Notes under the pieces: generated by a model | What the model was told of the DNA's origin: nothing | The model's database searches: none | The model's input: the letters and a program-made list of their open reading frames with translations, nothing else | Part shown: positions 19,629-29,505 of the stretch, in pieces | Numbering within the stretch: the stretch's first letter is position 1 | Layout of the letters: each line of letters begins with the position of its first letter | Made by a program: the position numbers and the translations under genes | Origin: Thermodesulfobacteriota bacterium | GTDB lineage: Bacteria > Desulfobacterota > Desulfarculia > JACQYL01 | DNA: 64,000 nt | Direction of reading: 5' to 3' | Assembly (NCBI GenBank): GCA_963675595.2 | Contig: CAXXLZ010000002.1 | Location: 576,001 to 640,000 of the forward strand

Positions 19629-20333
19629 GTAATCCCAATAGACGCGTTCCTCCCGTGAGGGATTGCGGCACTGTGGTCCGCCCCCACAGGGATGCAGTAG
19701 TTCGAATTGGGTGTGATTCCACGAGAGGCGTGTGGGGGGGACGACGTCCCCCTGCGGCACACCTCGTGACCCGACTTCTTCCTCCGCCTGTCCGCTCAAG
19801 ACGGTGAAGCCTGCTCGGGGTATGGGCCGATCCACGGGGATTTCGCGGCGCCTTCGACTTTCCATCCGAGCACCTGCCAAATACGACATACTAAATATCG
19901 CCGCATAAACGGTAAACAGTGACGAAAAAAGCTTTTCGTATACCGAGGTCCGCACTGAAAACCCCTTTCCCGAGCTGAATGATCTCCGGAGAACCTTCGG
20001 CATTTACGAAATGAATCGAATGAATGAGTATTTGATGTGCCTCTTTTGTAGGAACCGCTTCAAAAGTTTTACGGACTTCGTCATAACGGTTCTGGACACC
20101 AGCACCCTATTAGTATTACAATACCGCTCGATAATCGCTTGGGCCCGACGACCGTGATCTCGAGGATCGAACCTCGACCCTTCGTCGGCGATGCGGCGCT
20201 TCGGCATACGATCGGCATTCTCCGCCATGGCGTTTTCTTTTTTTGCGTGGCATAATGAGCGACCGATGTTGTGTATTAAATCGTAGGAACAGGGATTCCC
20301 TTTGCTCTTCTCGACTCGCACTCCGAGAGATAC

Positions 20334-23174
20334 ATGAAAGATCGTCCTTTCAAAACCGTACCTGTAGATGATGAGCTTCTTGTTCTTCGGCATAAGGCGG
20401 CCGAACTGGAACATCGAATCACCGAACTGCGGCGGGTGACCGATGGGCTGCGCGACAAGGAAGCTTTGTGGCGACGAATCGTGGACGCCATTCCCTATCC
20501 GGTTTTCGTGAAGGACGAGGAGGGCCGTTTCCTCGCCGCGAATCGGGCTCTGGCGGAAGTGTTCGGCAAGGAGCCTTTAGAGCTGCTTGGGAAAGAGGCG
20601 ACCCGGTTTCATCTTGATCAAGAGAATCACGCGAAGCTGGTCAAACAGAACAAGGAAGTGCTGGAATCCGGCCGTACCTGCTCCATCCCCGACCTGATTT
20701 TCCCTGACCACCTCGGTCGTGAACGTGTCTACCAAACGACCAAAATGCCCCTGCGTTGGCCCGATCCTCCTCATTCCGCCGTGTTGGGCGTGGCCGTGGA
20801 CGTTACTGAAAAGCGGGAGGCGGACAAGGCCCTTCGGCGCGGCAAAATGCTGCTGTCGACCGGTGAGCGGCTCGCTCATTTGGGGGCCTGGGAATGGGAC
20901 ATCGAAGAGGACCGCTTCAGTCTTTCCGAAGGATGGCTTCGAATTCACGGTTGCACCACGCCGCCGGTAAACAGGTCCGAGTTGCACGGTTTCGCCCATC
21001 CCGACGACCTTGACGCGGTGATTCTCGCCCAGGAAGAGGCCATACGGGCCAAACGGACCTATGATTTCGAGAACCGCATCATCAGGCAGAACGACGGCGA
21101 GACGCGTTACGTGAGGGCCGTGGGAGAGATCGTCCAAAACGAGTCGGGCGTCCCGGTTCGCATGATCGGGGTCGTTCAAGACATCACGGACCGGAAACGC
21201 GCGGAAGACGCCTTGAGGAAAAGCGAGGCACGTTACCGCCACTTGGTGGAACACGCCCCGGCGGGCATTTTTGAAGTGGATTTCCTCGAAAATAAATTCA
21301 TCACCGTTAACGACGTGATGTGTCGCTCCACGGGCTATTCGAGGGAAGAACTTCTCGCCATGGATCCCATGAATATTCTGTCCGAGGAAAGCAAATTCCT
21401 GTTGCTTCAAAGGCTCAAGGCCCTGTTCGACGGGCGTGAAGCAGAAGAGCATCAGGAGTTCCAGATACGGACCAAAGACGGGAAAAGGGTGTGGATCGGG
21501 CTGAATGCTCAGTATGTTTATGAGGGCGGCGTGGTTCGAGGCGCCACCGTGGTGGCCCACAGTCTGGATGAGCGCAAACGGGCCGAAGAAGCGCTTCGCA
21601 TAAGCGAACAACGATACCGCCGATTGGTGGAAAAGTCCCCGGATATCATCTTCCGCTTCTCGAATCGTCGAGGCGGATTGTACTGGTCGGCACGCGTGGA
21701 GGAGATTCTGGGATATCCTCCCGATTATGTGCGTCTTCACCCTTGGGCCTGGTACCGATCGATTCATCAGGACGATCGGCCGCGTGTGGACAAAGCCGTG
21801 GCGGAAGGTCCGGAAGGGACGGATTCCGGGGTCGAGTACCGTGTCCGGGACGTCCAAGGCCGGTGGCACTGGTTTCGGGAGCGGTTTATTTCGCGGGAAA
21901 TTCTGGACGGCGAAATCATCGTCGAGGGGCTGGCCACGGACATCACGGACCGCAAGGAGGCGGAAGAAGAGCGAGTGGCCATGGATCGCCGGCTCTACCA
22001 CGCTCAAAAACTTGAAAGCCTGGGGTTGCTGGCGGGGGGCATCGCCCACGATTTCAACAACCTGCTCATGGCCGTCCTGGGCAACCTGGACGTCGCGGCG
22101 ATGGAATGTTCCGAATCCGCCCGCGCCCACATTGAAAAAGCGGCGCTGGCCGCGCGAAGAGCCGCCGATCTCACGCGACAAATGCTGGCCTATTCCGGAC
22201 AAGGCCGATTCTTCATGAGGGAGTTGGATTTCAACAACTTGGTGTCCGAGACCGTAACCCTGCTGAGGGCCGGTCTTCCCAAGAAGGTCAAACTCCGCAT
22301 GAAACTCGGTAGGCGTCTGCATCCTTTCCCGGCGGACGAAGGCCAGGTTCGACAGGTGGTGATGAATCTGGTGACCAACGCGGCCGAAGCCGCCGGAGAA
22401 CGGGGCGGCGTGGTCACGCTCACCACGGACGAGGCGGATTGCGACGCTGCCTACCTGAGCCGCACGAGAACCGACGAGACGCCCCAACCGGGCCGTTTCC
22501 TCCGGCTGGAGGTACGCGACGAGGGCTCCGGTATGAACGCACATACGCTGGAACGATTGTTTGACCCGTTCTTCACCACCAAGTTCATGGGGCGTGGCCT
22601 CGGCATGGCCGCCGTTTTGGGGATCATCAAGGGACACGGAGGAGCCGTAATGGTGGAGAGCGAAGAGGGCAAAGGCACCTCCGTTCGCGTGCTCTTTCCG
22701 CTGAACGCGGAAGTGTCCGAAACCGCCGGGACTGCACTATCCCCCTCTCCTCTCACGGACAATCCTGATTATCCGGACGGTTCCGGCACCCTCCTCGTGG
22801 TGGACGATGAAGAGATGGTCCTGGATATTTGCTCGGCCATGGTCAAGCGGGCCGGTTTCCAAGTGTTCACCGCCTCCGACGGCGAAGAAGCCTTACAGGT
22901 CTTCTCTCAACACGGGGACGAAATCGACGGCGTCATATTGGACCTGTACATGCCCCGCATGGACGGGGTCGCCACGTTTGAAGAGCTTCGCCGCTTGAGG
23001 CCGGATATGAAGATTATTCTGTCCAGCGGCTATGGAGAAGAGGAGGCCACTCGGCGGTTCAGCGGACGAGGGCTCTCCGGCTTCCTCCAAAAACCTTACG
23101 AACTCAGAAAGCTGTACGCCGAATTGGAACGAGTGTTCGGCCCGGCGGCGAGCCGCCCCGAAGCAACCCCATGA
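20334..23174 (+). CDS. Hybrid sensor histidine kinase (4 PAS, HisKA, HATPase, REC)
   Basis: LAGGIAHDFNNLL, NLVTNAAEA, FDPFFTTKFMGRGLG, LLVVDDE..ILDLYMPRMDG. Confidence 0.95.
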   Translation: MKDRPFKTVPVDDELLVLRHKAAELEHRITELRRVTDGLRDKEALWRRIVDAIPYPVFVKDEEGRFLAANRALAEVFGKEPLELLGKEATRFHLDQENHAKLVKQNKEVLESGRTCSIPDLIFPDHLGRERVYQTTKMPLRWPDPPHSAVLGVAVDVTEKREADKALRRGKMLLSTGERLAHLGAWEWDIEEDRFSLSEGWLRIHGCTTPPVNRSELHGFAHPDDLDAVILAQEEAIRAKRTYDFENRIIRQNDGETRYVRAVGEIVQNESGVPVRMIGVVQDITDRKRAEDALRKSEARYRHLVEHAPAGIFEVDFLENKFITVNDVMCRSTGYSREELLAMDPMNILSEESKFLLLQRLKALFDGREAEEHQEFQIRTKDGKRVWIGLNAQYVYEGGVVRGATVVAHSLDERKRAEEALRISEQRYRRLVEKSPDIIFRFSNRRGGLYWSARVEEILGYPPDYVRLHPWAWYRSIHQDDRPRVDKAVAEGPEGTDSGVEYRVRDVQGRWHWFRERFISREILDGEIIVEGLATDITDRKEAEEERVAMDRRLYHAQKLESLGLLAGGIAHDFNNLLMAVLGNLDVAAMECSESARAHIEKAALAARRAADLTRQMLAYSGQGRFFMRELDFNNLVSETVTLLRAGLPKKVKLRMKLGRRLHPFPADEGQVRQVVMNLVTNAAEAAGERGGVVTLTTDEADCDAAYLSRTRTDETPQPGRFLRLEVRDEGSGMNAHTLERLFDPFFTTKFMGRGLGMAAVLGIIKGHGGAVMVESEEGKGTSVRVLFPLNAEVSETAGTALSPSPLTDNPDYPDGSGTLLVVDDEEMVLDICSAMVKRAGFQVFTASDGEEALQVFSQHGDEIDGVILDLYMPRMDGVATFEELRRLRPDMKIILSSGYGEEEATRRFSGRGLSGFLQKPYELRKLYAELERVFGPAASRPEATP

Positions 23175-23311
23175 TTTTCCCGCAGGCTCCCCGAGGGGCC
23201 CCCCAAGCTGTTCCGCGCCCGGCCGCACAGGAACTCCCCGGCACACGGGTCCGTGAAGCCGTATTTCCATGTCTTTGAGAGTATGAGTTCATGATACGCG
23301 TTCAGAGGCTA

Positions 23312-23345
23312 TTCGGGAAAACCTTTTGGAAAAGGTTTTCCCGAA
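23312..23345. repeat. Perfect hairpin, family D copy 2
   Basis: TTCGGGAAAACCTTTT-GG-AAAAGGTTTTCCCGAA (16-bp arms). Confidence 0.75.
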
Positions 23346-23523
23346 CCCTTTCCAAAACTTGTTGAACGGGTTGCTCGCTGCGCGTCACAACCGAGTTAGG
23401 GGCTCTCTCTAAGCAAATTTCCAGGCTCGCAACCATCGGATTTTTCGACGAAAGCGTTGCACTATGTAAATGCCCTGAAAGGCTTCATCCCGATAGAGAC
23501 GGAGCACGCAAGGGGGTCCGGGG

Positions 23524-24908
23524 CATAAGCGCTAACTTAAGCATTGTTTGCTATGCTTCTTTCCGTCTGAGGAATCAGCCGCTGAAGTGCTCGTTTCCTT
23601 GGCGGTTCTCGCAAATAAAAAGATATGTTATCCCAGCCGGCAATGCATTCGGCCAAGCCGAGTTTAGGGTTCACGGCTTGTTTCAGCAGGTGTAACATAA
23701 ACATGGTCTCTCTCCAGAAGCATCGATTTCTACGGTGGTTCTTTTTGGAGTGGGTATCCCCAGGGAAAAAAAGATTCGCCTGCGGCGATCATGGCCTCCA
23801 CTAAGAAAGCCACCAGTAGTTTCCCATGGATCCAGGCCTTGGCTCCTTCGATGTCGGTCTTTCTAAGATGGCCTAAACCGAGAATGGACTTTAGACGCTT
23901 GAAAGCGAGTTCAATTTGCCATCGACCTCGGTACATCTCGAGGACCTGAGAGGGCGAGATTTCACGGCCCAATGTTGTGAAAACAAATATGTAGGCCGCC
24001 GCTTCGAGGGTGTCCGGAGTAACTTGGCGACCTTTTTTCCTCGCCTCTTTTTCTATCGCTTTACGAGCTTTTTCAGTGGCGTCTTTGCTCTTCTTGATGG
24101 CACAGATTCTACCTGCAACCAAGCGTTGTTCAAATGGAACGAATGCATCCCAGTCGCCAAGCTTATTTACACGTAACGTCCTTAGATGAGGGAGTAATTG
24201 GAATCGTTCCCCTTGCTTGTCCACCATGGCGACACGGTGTTTCATTCGAACCAGGACGTCGCCGCCGTTGTCTATGACATGGTGAATTCCTCTTGGTGTG
24301 CAATAGGCTCTATCCGCTACAAGAAGTTCACCGCCATGGACTTTGAAATTGGTGAAGGATTCTCCGATCTTGGGGTCTGTTACATAGACTTCGTCGCAGC
24401 GCAGCGAAGGCAATTGTATGGAATAATGGACCCTCCAAGTCGTTCCGGTACTTCCAGGTTCTTGAATGGTGGAGGCATCGATCAACCTGATGCGTGAATT
24501 CTCTCCAAAAACAACGGCGGGCAGCTTTCGAAACCATTTCTCCATGACCCCTAAGGCCATCCACCGAAACCACTCTCCGCATTTATTCAGTCGTTTTAGG
24601 AGAGCTACGTCGGAAATCGACGTAATGTTGCCGAACCTGGCTTTGGCCGCCGTCAGCCGAAGTGAGCAACCTTCCGCCAGATGGATCAGAAGCGTTCGCA
24701 ACAGACCTTCGGCGTCCACGAACTTACGGTATCTGACAACGGCACCAAGTTCCCTTGCTTTGGATTGCCAGCCATCGGGAAGAAAACCCTGGAGAACTTC
24801 CCAGTCTTCCATTTCCTCGGAAAAAACGAGACGCTCCATTGCCACCTCCTTTGGCGGCAACGGTACCATAAACCTCACCAAAACAAAAGGCTTAAGTTAG
24901 CGCTTATG
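23524..24908 (-). mobile_element. IS4-family element (IS186/IS421-like), 1385 bp
   Basis: Perfect 19-bp IRs CATAAGCGCTAACTTAAGC; 11-bp TSD GGGGTCCGGGG (23513-23523, 24909-24919). Confidence 0.93.
23730..24839 (-). CDS. IS4-family transposase
   Basis: LIDASTI, VADRAY, YRGRWQIELAFKRLKS (YREK motif); RBS AGGAGG before ATG 24839. Confidence 0.93.
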   Translation of the reverse strand: MERLVFSEEMEDWEVLQGFLPDGWQSKARELGAVVRYRKFVDAEGLLRTLLIHLAEGCSLRLTAAKARFGNITSISDVALLKRLNKCGEWFRWMALGVMEKWFRKLPAVVFGENSRIRLIDASTIQEPGSTGTTWRVHYSIQLPSLRCDEVYVTDPKIGESFTNFKVHGGELLVADRAYCTPRGIHHVIDNGGDVLVRMKHRVAMVDKQGERFQLLPHLRTLRVNKLGDWDAFVPFEQRLVAGRICAIKKSKDATEKARKAIEKEARKKGRQVTPDTLEAAAYIFVFTTLGREISPSQVLEMYRGRWQIELAFKRLKSILGLGHLRKTDIEGAKAWIHGKLLVAFLVEAMIAAGESFFPWGYPLQKEPP

Positions 24909-25159
24909 GGGGTCCGGGGGAATGGTGTTCCCGCGGAGACGGTGTGACCCAACAAAGAAGTTCCCCCCGTGAATGATCACGTGAAGAGATACCCCTCTGA
25001 GGGATTCCAAGGACGCGCACCCGGAACGGAGTTTTTCGGTTGAACGGCGGAAAACCGGTATGCTTTAATGCACCCTCCCTTTTCATGAAGAAAAGTTGCT
25101 CGTCCGGTGTTACCGGGCTTTGGTCTAAACGGAACGAAGACGGTCGAAGGAGCTCCCCC

Positions 25160-25816
25160 GTGCAGGAGGAAGAAATCAGGGACATCAATCCGTCCCTTCT
25201 CATCGATGCCCAGCGCCCTACGGAAGTTATCCTCAAGTTCAAGGGAATCAAGGAAGAACTGAAGAGTACCCTCGTGGGAGCCAAGCCGGGCCGCTGCATC
25301 CTGTTGGACCCTCCGTTGGTCCACGATATACAACCCCGCTTCTATCTCGATCGGGAACTGGAGGTACGGTACACCGTCAACAGGACCGTCTACGGTTTCA
25401 GCGTCAAAGTGCTCGGCTTCGTCCTTTCGCCGTTCCCGCTGTTGTTCACTTCCTATCCCGACGAAATCCGGCAGGTGAACCTCCGCAGGTTCGTGAGGAT
25501 CTCCTGTTTCATTCCCACCATCGTGGACATTTACGGCAAACCCTACAGCGGGACCATGACCGATATCAGCGTCGCGGGGTGCAAGGTCATCTACAAGAAC
25601 AACGATTTGAGCATTCACCGAATTCACACTCAGATCAAGCTGAGCTTCAACCTGCCCGATTCGGATAAGCCCTTCATTTGTCACGGCAATATCCGAAACG
25701 TTAATTTGGACAGCCAACAGGCGGCCATCGGTATCGTTTTCGGTTCCATGCCCAAAGAAACATTGGACGCGATTACGGGTTTCATGCAAAGCAGCGGAAA
25801 TTCCTCGCCGGAATGA
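25160..25816 (+). CDS. PilZ-domain (flagellar brake/YcgR-like) c-di-GMP effector
   Basis: RRFVR (RxxxR) and DISVAG (DxSxxG); probable GTG start after GAAGGAG. Confidence 0.85.
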   Translation: MQEEEIRDINPSLLIDAQRPTEVILKFKGIKEELKSTLVGAKPGRCILLDPPLVHDIQPRFYLDRELEVRYTVNRTVYGFSVKVLGFVLSPFPLLFTSYPDEIRQVNLRRFVRISCFIPTIVDIYGKPYSGTMTDISVAGCKVIYKNNDLSIHRIHTQIKLSFNLPDSDKPFICHGNIRNVNLDSQQAAIGIVFGSMPKETLDAITGFMQSSGNSSPE

Positions 25817-25943
25817 CGCTGTTCCGGTCTTTCGACCGGAATCGGGATAAGACGATTGAAGCACGCATTCACGGAAGGGAACTTCATAAAAAAGTTCTCC
25901 CACCTACCCCGTGAACAGCCGCAACTTGAGGAGGCACATCAAA

Positions 25944-26267
25944 ATGGTGGAAAGCAAAAAAGCGTTGTGGGTGGTCTTCCGACCCGAGAGTCCGGAGACG
26001 GGAGCGGCCATGAGAGAGAAATTCGAAGGCTCCTACCCCGTGTTCAAAGAGATGCCGGGGCTCTACAGCAAGCACTGGTGGGTCAACGAAGAACGGGGAG
26101 AGTGGGGAGCATTATATGTATTCGACACGGAGAAGGACCTTCGCGAATACATCGAATCCGACCGCTGGTTGAACAAGGTCCCTGAAAAGTACGGATACAA
26201 ACCCGCGGAGGTCTCCATACTGGACGTAGGTCCGATTCTCTGCAGAGAGGCCGTCACCCGGCCGTAG
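25944..26267 (+). CDS. YdhR-like (ABM/dimeric alpha-beta barrel) protein
   Basis: MPGLYSKHWWVNEERGEWGALYVFDT; RBS GAGGAGG. Confidence 0.7.
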   Translation: MVESKKALWVVFRPESPETGAAMREKFEGSYPVFKEMPGLYSKHWWVNEERGEWGALYVFDTEKDLREYIESDRWLNKVPEKYGYKPAEVSILDVGPILCREAVTRP

Positions 26268-26359
26268 GGCCGCCTGGTCGCGACGCGGTGGGACCCGCGC
26301 CTCCCATGCCGCCCGCCCTGTTCCGAACCTCGAAGGCAACCGACGGCATTCCCGTTCCA

Positions 26360-28249
26360 TCAGGCTCGCGTGACGGAAGCGTCGTTCGTGTTCGTCAGTC
26401 TCGCCGCCAGGAGCGTGACGTCGTCGAACTGTTCAAGTCCTTCGCTGTACTCCTCCACGGCTTTCGTGATGAGGCGACACAGGGCCTCGGGACTCGAGTT
26501 CGCATGGTCCGCCAACAGAGCCTGCAGGCGCTCCATCCCGAACTCGCCGTTTTCGCGGTCCGGGGCCTCGACGATTCCGTCCGTGTAGAGAAGCAGCCAA
26601 TCCCCGGGTTCCAGGACTTCCCGATCCACGAGATACTCGAAGTCGTCCATCACTCCCAGAGGGACTCCTTTGGGAACAGCGAGCACCTCGGCCCGCCCCT
26701 CCCCTTTCCTGTAGACCAGCGGCGGGTTGTGCCCTCCGTTGGAATAGACCAGGTCCCCCGACTGAAGATCCAGAATTCCGTAAAACACGGTGGCGAACAT
26801 GCAGGCGTCGTTGTCCGCGCACACGAATCGGTTGACTCGCTCCAGGGTTTCCTTCGGGCCTTCTCCCCGCAGGGCGGTAAGCCGCAACACGGACCGGCTC
26901 AAAGCCATGAACAGGGCCGCGGGAACGCCCTTTCCACAAACATCCGCAATCACCAGTCCCATGCGTCGGTCATCCAGCATGAAGACGTCGAAAAAGTCGC
27001 CGCCCACTTCCCGGGCGGGAATGCTCTCCCCAAAGACCTCGACTCGTCCGTGCTCCGGAAAGGTTCGGGGCAGGAAATCCTGTTGGATCTGATGCCCGAT
27101 TTCCAGCTCCTTGCTCATCCGTTCCCGTTCGGCCGTGGTCTTTTCCAGATTGTCCATGTACCGAATCAGATCCAGGGTCATCTTGTTGAAGGATTCGGTC
27201 AGTACACCGATCTCATCTCGTGACTTGGTTTCCAGGGAGCCTTTGCTGAAATCGCCTTCCGCCACGGCTTTGGTGCGTTCCGTGAGCTCGATGATGGGCC
27301 GGGTGATGCCGGATTGGAGCCGGTGACCGATGAGAAAACCGAGCACGAGCATGGCCGAGGCAATGGCGGACAGGCCGATGACGGACTTCACCCTCAGGTC
27401 GTGATATTCCGCGGCGGAGGTGTGCACCGCCAGAACCCCCAACGGCCGCCCATCGAGCCCCAAAATGGGTTCGAATTCCGCAAGGCACCCGTGGCGGGAG
27501 ATGTCCACATGCTCAAAAGGACTGTTCTCGAACAAAGTCCTGCGAACGACCCCGACGGGCAGTTCCTCCGCACAGAACATGGTCGAGTCCTTTCCCGATC
27601 CCCCCGCGGAGGCCACGGACCGAATTCCTTCGAACAACTCCACACCGCCCATGACGGCGCCGCTGATCAGTTTCAGGAGTCCGACGTCGCTCTTCAGACG
27701 ATATCGAACGCGTACCGCCCCCACCACGGCGGCCTCGTCCCGATCATAAACGGGATACGCCACGGCAATGCTCAAAGATCGCTTTCCCGTAGACGCATCC
27801 GTGATCGCCTCGCAGGCTGCAGGCCGATCTCCCTCCAGGGCTCGCGCTATGAACGGATCCTCCACCGATGCGGCGACCGACTCTTCGAAAGGCGGATCCA
27901 TCAGTTTTATTCTTCCCAGCCGGTCCGTCACGGTGATCTCGATCCCTTGGAGCGATCCCGGAAATCGTCTCAACCTCTCCATCGAAACCGGGGAATCTCC
28001 CTTCTCCAAAAAGGATACCAAAGGCGGGTCCATGGCGAGAGATCTGGACAGGCGTTCCAGGTCCTCGATCTTATCCTGAAAAATCAGGGAAGCGATGCGT
28101 ATGTCCTGCCGAATATTCTTTACCGCTTCTTCCTCCACCTCTTTGAGGAAAAACAGCACGGAAAAGATCGTTGTGATGAGCAAGGGTACGAGGATGATCA
28201 CCAGGGAATAGAAGACCAGTTTCGTTTTGATGCTGTTCTTCAATCGCAT
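26360..28249 (-). CDS. Membrane PP2C/SpoIIE phosphatase (Cache-like, HAMP; RsbU-like)
   Basis: Two TM helices, HAMP (DEIGVLTESFNKM), PAREVGGDFFD, IADVCGKGVPAA, YTDG, DDVT. Confidence 0.92.
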   Translation of the reverse strand: MRLKNSIKTKLVFYSLVIILVPLLITTIFSVLFFLKEVEEEAVKNIRQDIRIASLIFQDKIEDLERLSRSLAMDPPLVSFLEKGDSPVSMERLRRFPGSLQGIEITVTDRLGRIKLMDPPFEESVAASVEDPFIARALEGDRPAACEAITDASTGKRSLSIAVAYPVYDRDEAAVVGAVRVRYRLKSDVGLLKLISGAVMGGVELFEGIRSVASAGGSGKDSTMFCAEELPVGVVRRTLFENSPFEHVDISRHGCLAEFEPILGLDGRPLGVLAVHTSAAEYHDLRVKSVIGLSAIASAMLVLGFLIGHRLQSGITRPIIELTERTKAVAEGDFSKGSLETKSRDEIGVLTESFNKMTLDLIRYMDNLEKTTAERERMSKELEIGHQIQQDFLPRTFPEHGRVEVFGESIPAREVGGDFFDVFMLDDRRMGLVIADVCGKGVPAALFMALSRSVLRLTALRGEGPKETLERVNRFVCADNDACMFATVFYGILDLQSGDLVYSNGGHNPPLVYRKGEGRAEVLAVPKGVPLGVMDDFEYLVDREVLEPGDWLLLYTDGIVEAPDRENGEFGMERLQALLADHANSSPEALCRLITKAVEEYSEGLEQFDDVTLLAARLTNTNDASVTRA

Positions 28250-28355
28250 GAGTCGGACGCTCCGTTTCGAGTGGGAGGGCGGCGTCGGCCGGTTTCCACG
28301 TGAACCGCACAGGAACCCGGTTCGCGCTCTCCAACACGGAAGCCGCGATTTGAGA

Positions 28356-28385
28356 TTGCAGCAGCTGGAAGGGGTTTGCTATAGT
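28356..28385 (+). promoter_or_regulatory. Candidate sigma-70 extended -10 promoter for the STAS gene
   Basis: TTGCAG-18 bp-TATAGT with TGn directly before the -10 element. Confidence 0.45.
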
Positions 28386-28466
28386 TGCCTCTCCTATAAG
28401 GTTTTTCGGGCCGAAAGGCAACCATGCGTTGCGCCGGTACGCTGCGGAACGCGGAGGAGGAAGATA

Positions 28467-28802
28467 ATGGAAGTGATCAACGCCGGCAAACAAGGTGAGC
28501 TTTTGATCGTGAAAGTCAAAGGAAGACTGGACGCCGGCTCGGCACCGGATTTCGAACAACGGTTGAAGCAATGGATCAAGGACGGTGATACGGGGATAGC
28601 CCTGGACTTTGCCGAACTGGACTATATCAGCAGCGCCGGCTTGAGGGCCGTGCTGTCCACGGCCAAAATGCTCAAGGCGAAGAACGGACGCTTCGCCGTT
28701 GCGTCTCTAAAGGGCCCGGTGAAGGAAGTATTCGAGATCTCCGGTTTCACCTCGATTCTCCCGGTTTACGATTCCATCGAATCGGCTCTTTCCGCGACAT
28801 AA
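28467..28802 (+). CDS. STAS-domain anti-sigma factor antagonist (RsbV-like)
   Basis: GRLDA, LDYISSAGLR, VFEISGF; RBS GGAGGAGG. Confidence 0.93.
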   Translation: MEVINAGKQGELLIVKVKGRLDAGSAPDFEQRLKQWIKDGDTGIALDFAELDYISSAGLRAVLSTAKMLKAKNGRFAVASLKGPVKEVFEISGFTSILPVYDSIESALSAT

Positions 28803-28968
28803 AAAGCGCCGGCCCCATACCCGAGATCCCGGAATAAAGACGGCGCCCGTTCCATGGGCCGTCTTTTCACTTGGAGGCTCGAACCATCCCACGACGGTCT
28901 TTCCGTCGAGCACACTCGATCGAGAAATCCTCCCCTCCTTTGGAGCGATTCTCGGCAGGACATCATCT

Positions 28969-29379
28969 ATGCCCCGCATCGAGGGTCCCGCTGAACTGGA
29001 TCAACTGGAATCTCTTCTGGGATTCGTGACCGGTTTCCTCCAGGAACGGGGAGCCCGGCCCGATCGTATTCCCGGGATTCAGCTCGCGGTGGAAGAAGCC
29101 CTGGTCAACGTCTTCAACTACGCTTATCCCGACGGTAAAGGCGTGGTCGAGTTGAGGATCGATACCCAAGAAGACGGTGACATCGTCCTCGAAATCGTGG
29201 ATTGGGGCGTTCCTTTCGACATGGTTTCCGCACCCGAACCGGATTTGAACGAAGACGTGGATCACCGAAAAGTGGGGGGACTCGGCCTTGTCCTGATACG
29301 AAAAATGGCCAAGAAAGTCCGGTACCTAAGGGAATATCAGCAAAACAAACTGACCCTGATTTTCGATGGACGGGCCTGA
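28969..29379 (+). CDS. Anti-sigma factor Ser/Thr kinase (RsbW-like)
   Basis: LAVEEALVNVFNYAY, D.GVPFD, GGLGLVLI. Confidence 0.92.
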   Translation: MPRIEGPAELDQLESLLGFVTGFLQERGARPDRIPGIQLAVEEALVNVFNYAYPDGKGVVELRIDTQEDGDIVLEIVDWGVPFDMVSAPEPDLNEDVDHRKVGGLGLVLIRKMAKKVRYLREYQQNKLTLIFDGRA

Positions 29380-29505
29380 GCCCGGACGGGACGGCGCATC
29401 GTATCGGGAGACAAACCCGCCGAGAACAAAACGGTCCAACGTACCGGACCCTACCGGCGGAACGGATGCACCTTGAATCATGGAAACCTATCATCAAGGG
29501 CCGGT

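Noticed and set aside
20004-20414. 136-aa minus-strand ORF upstream of the hybrid kinase
   Set aside because: Overlaps the kinase start, has no motif, and is probably promoter DNA.
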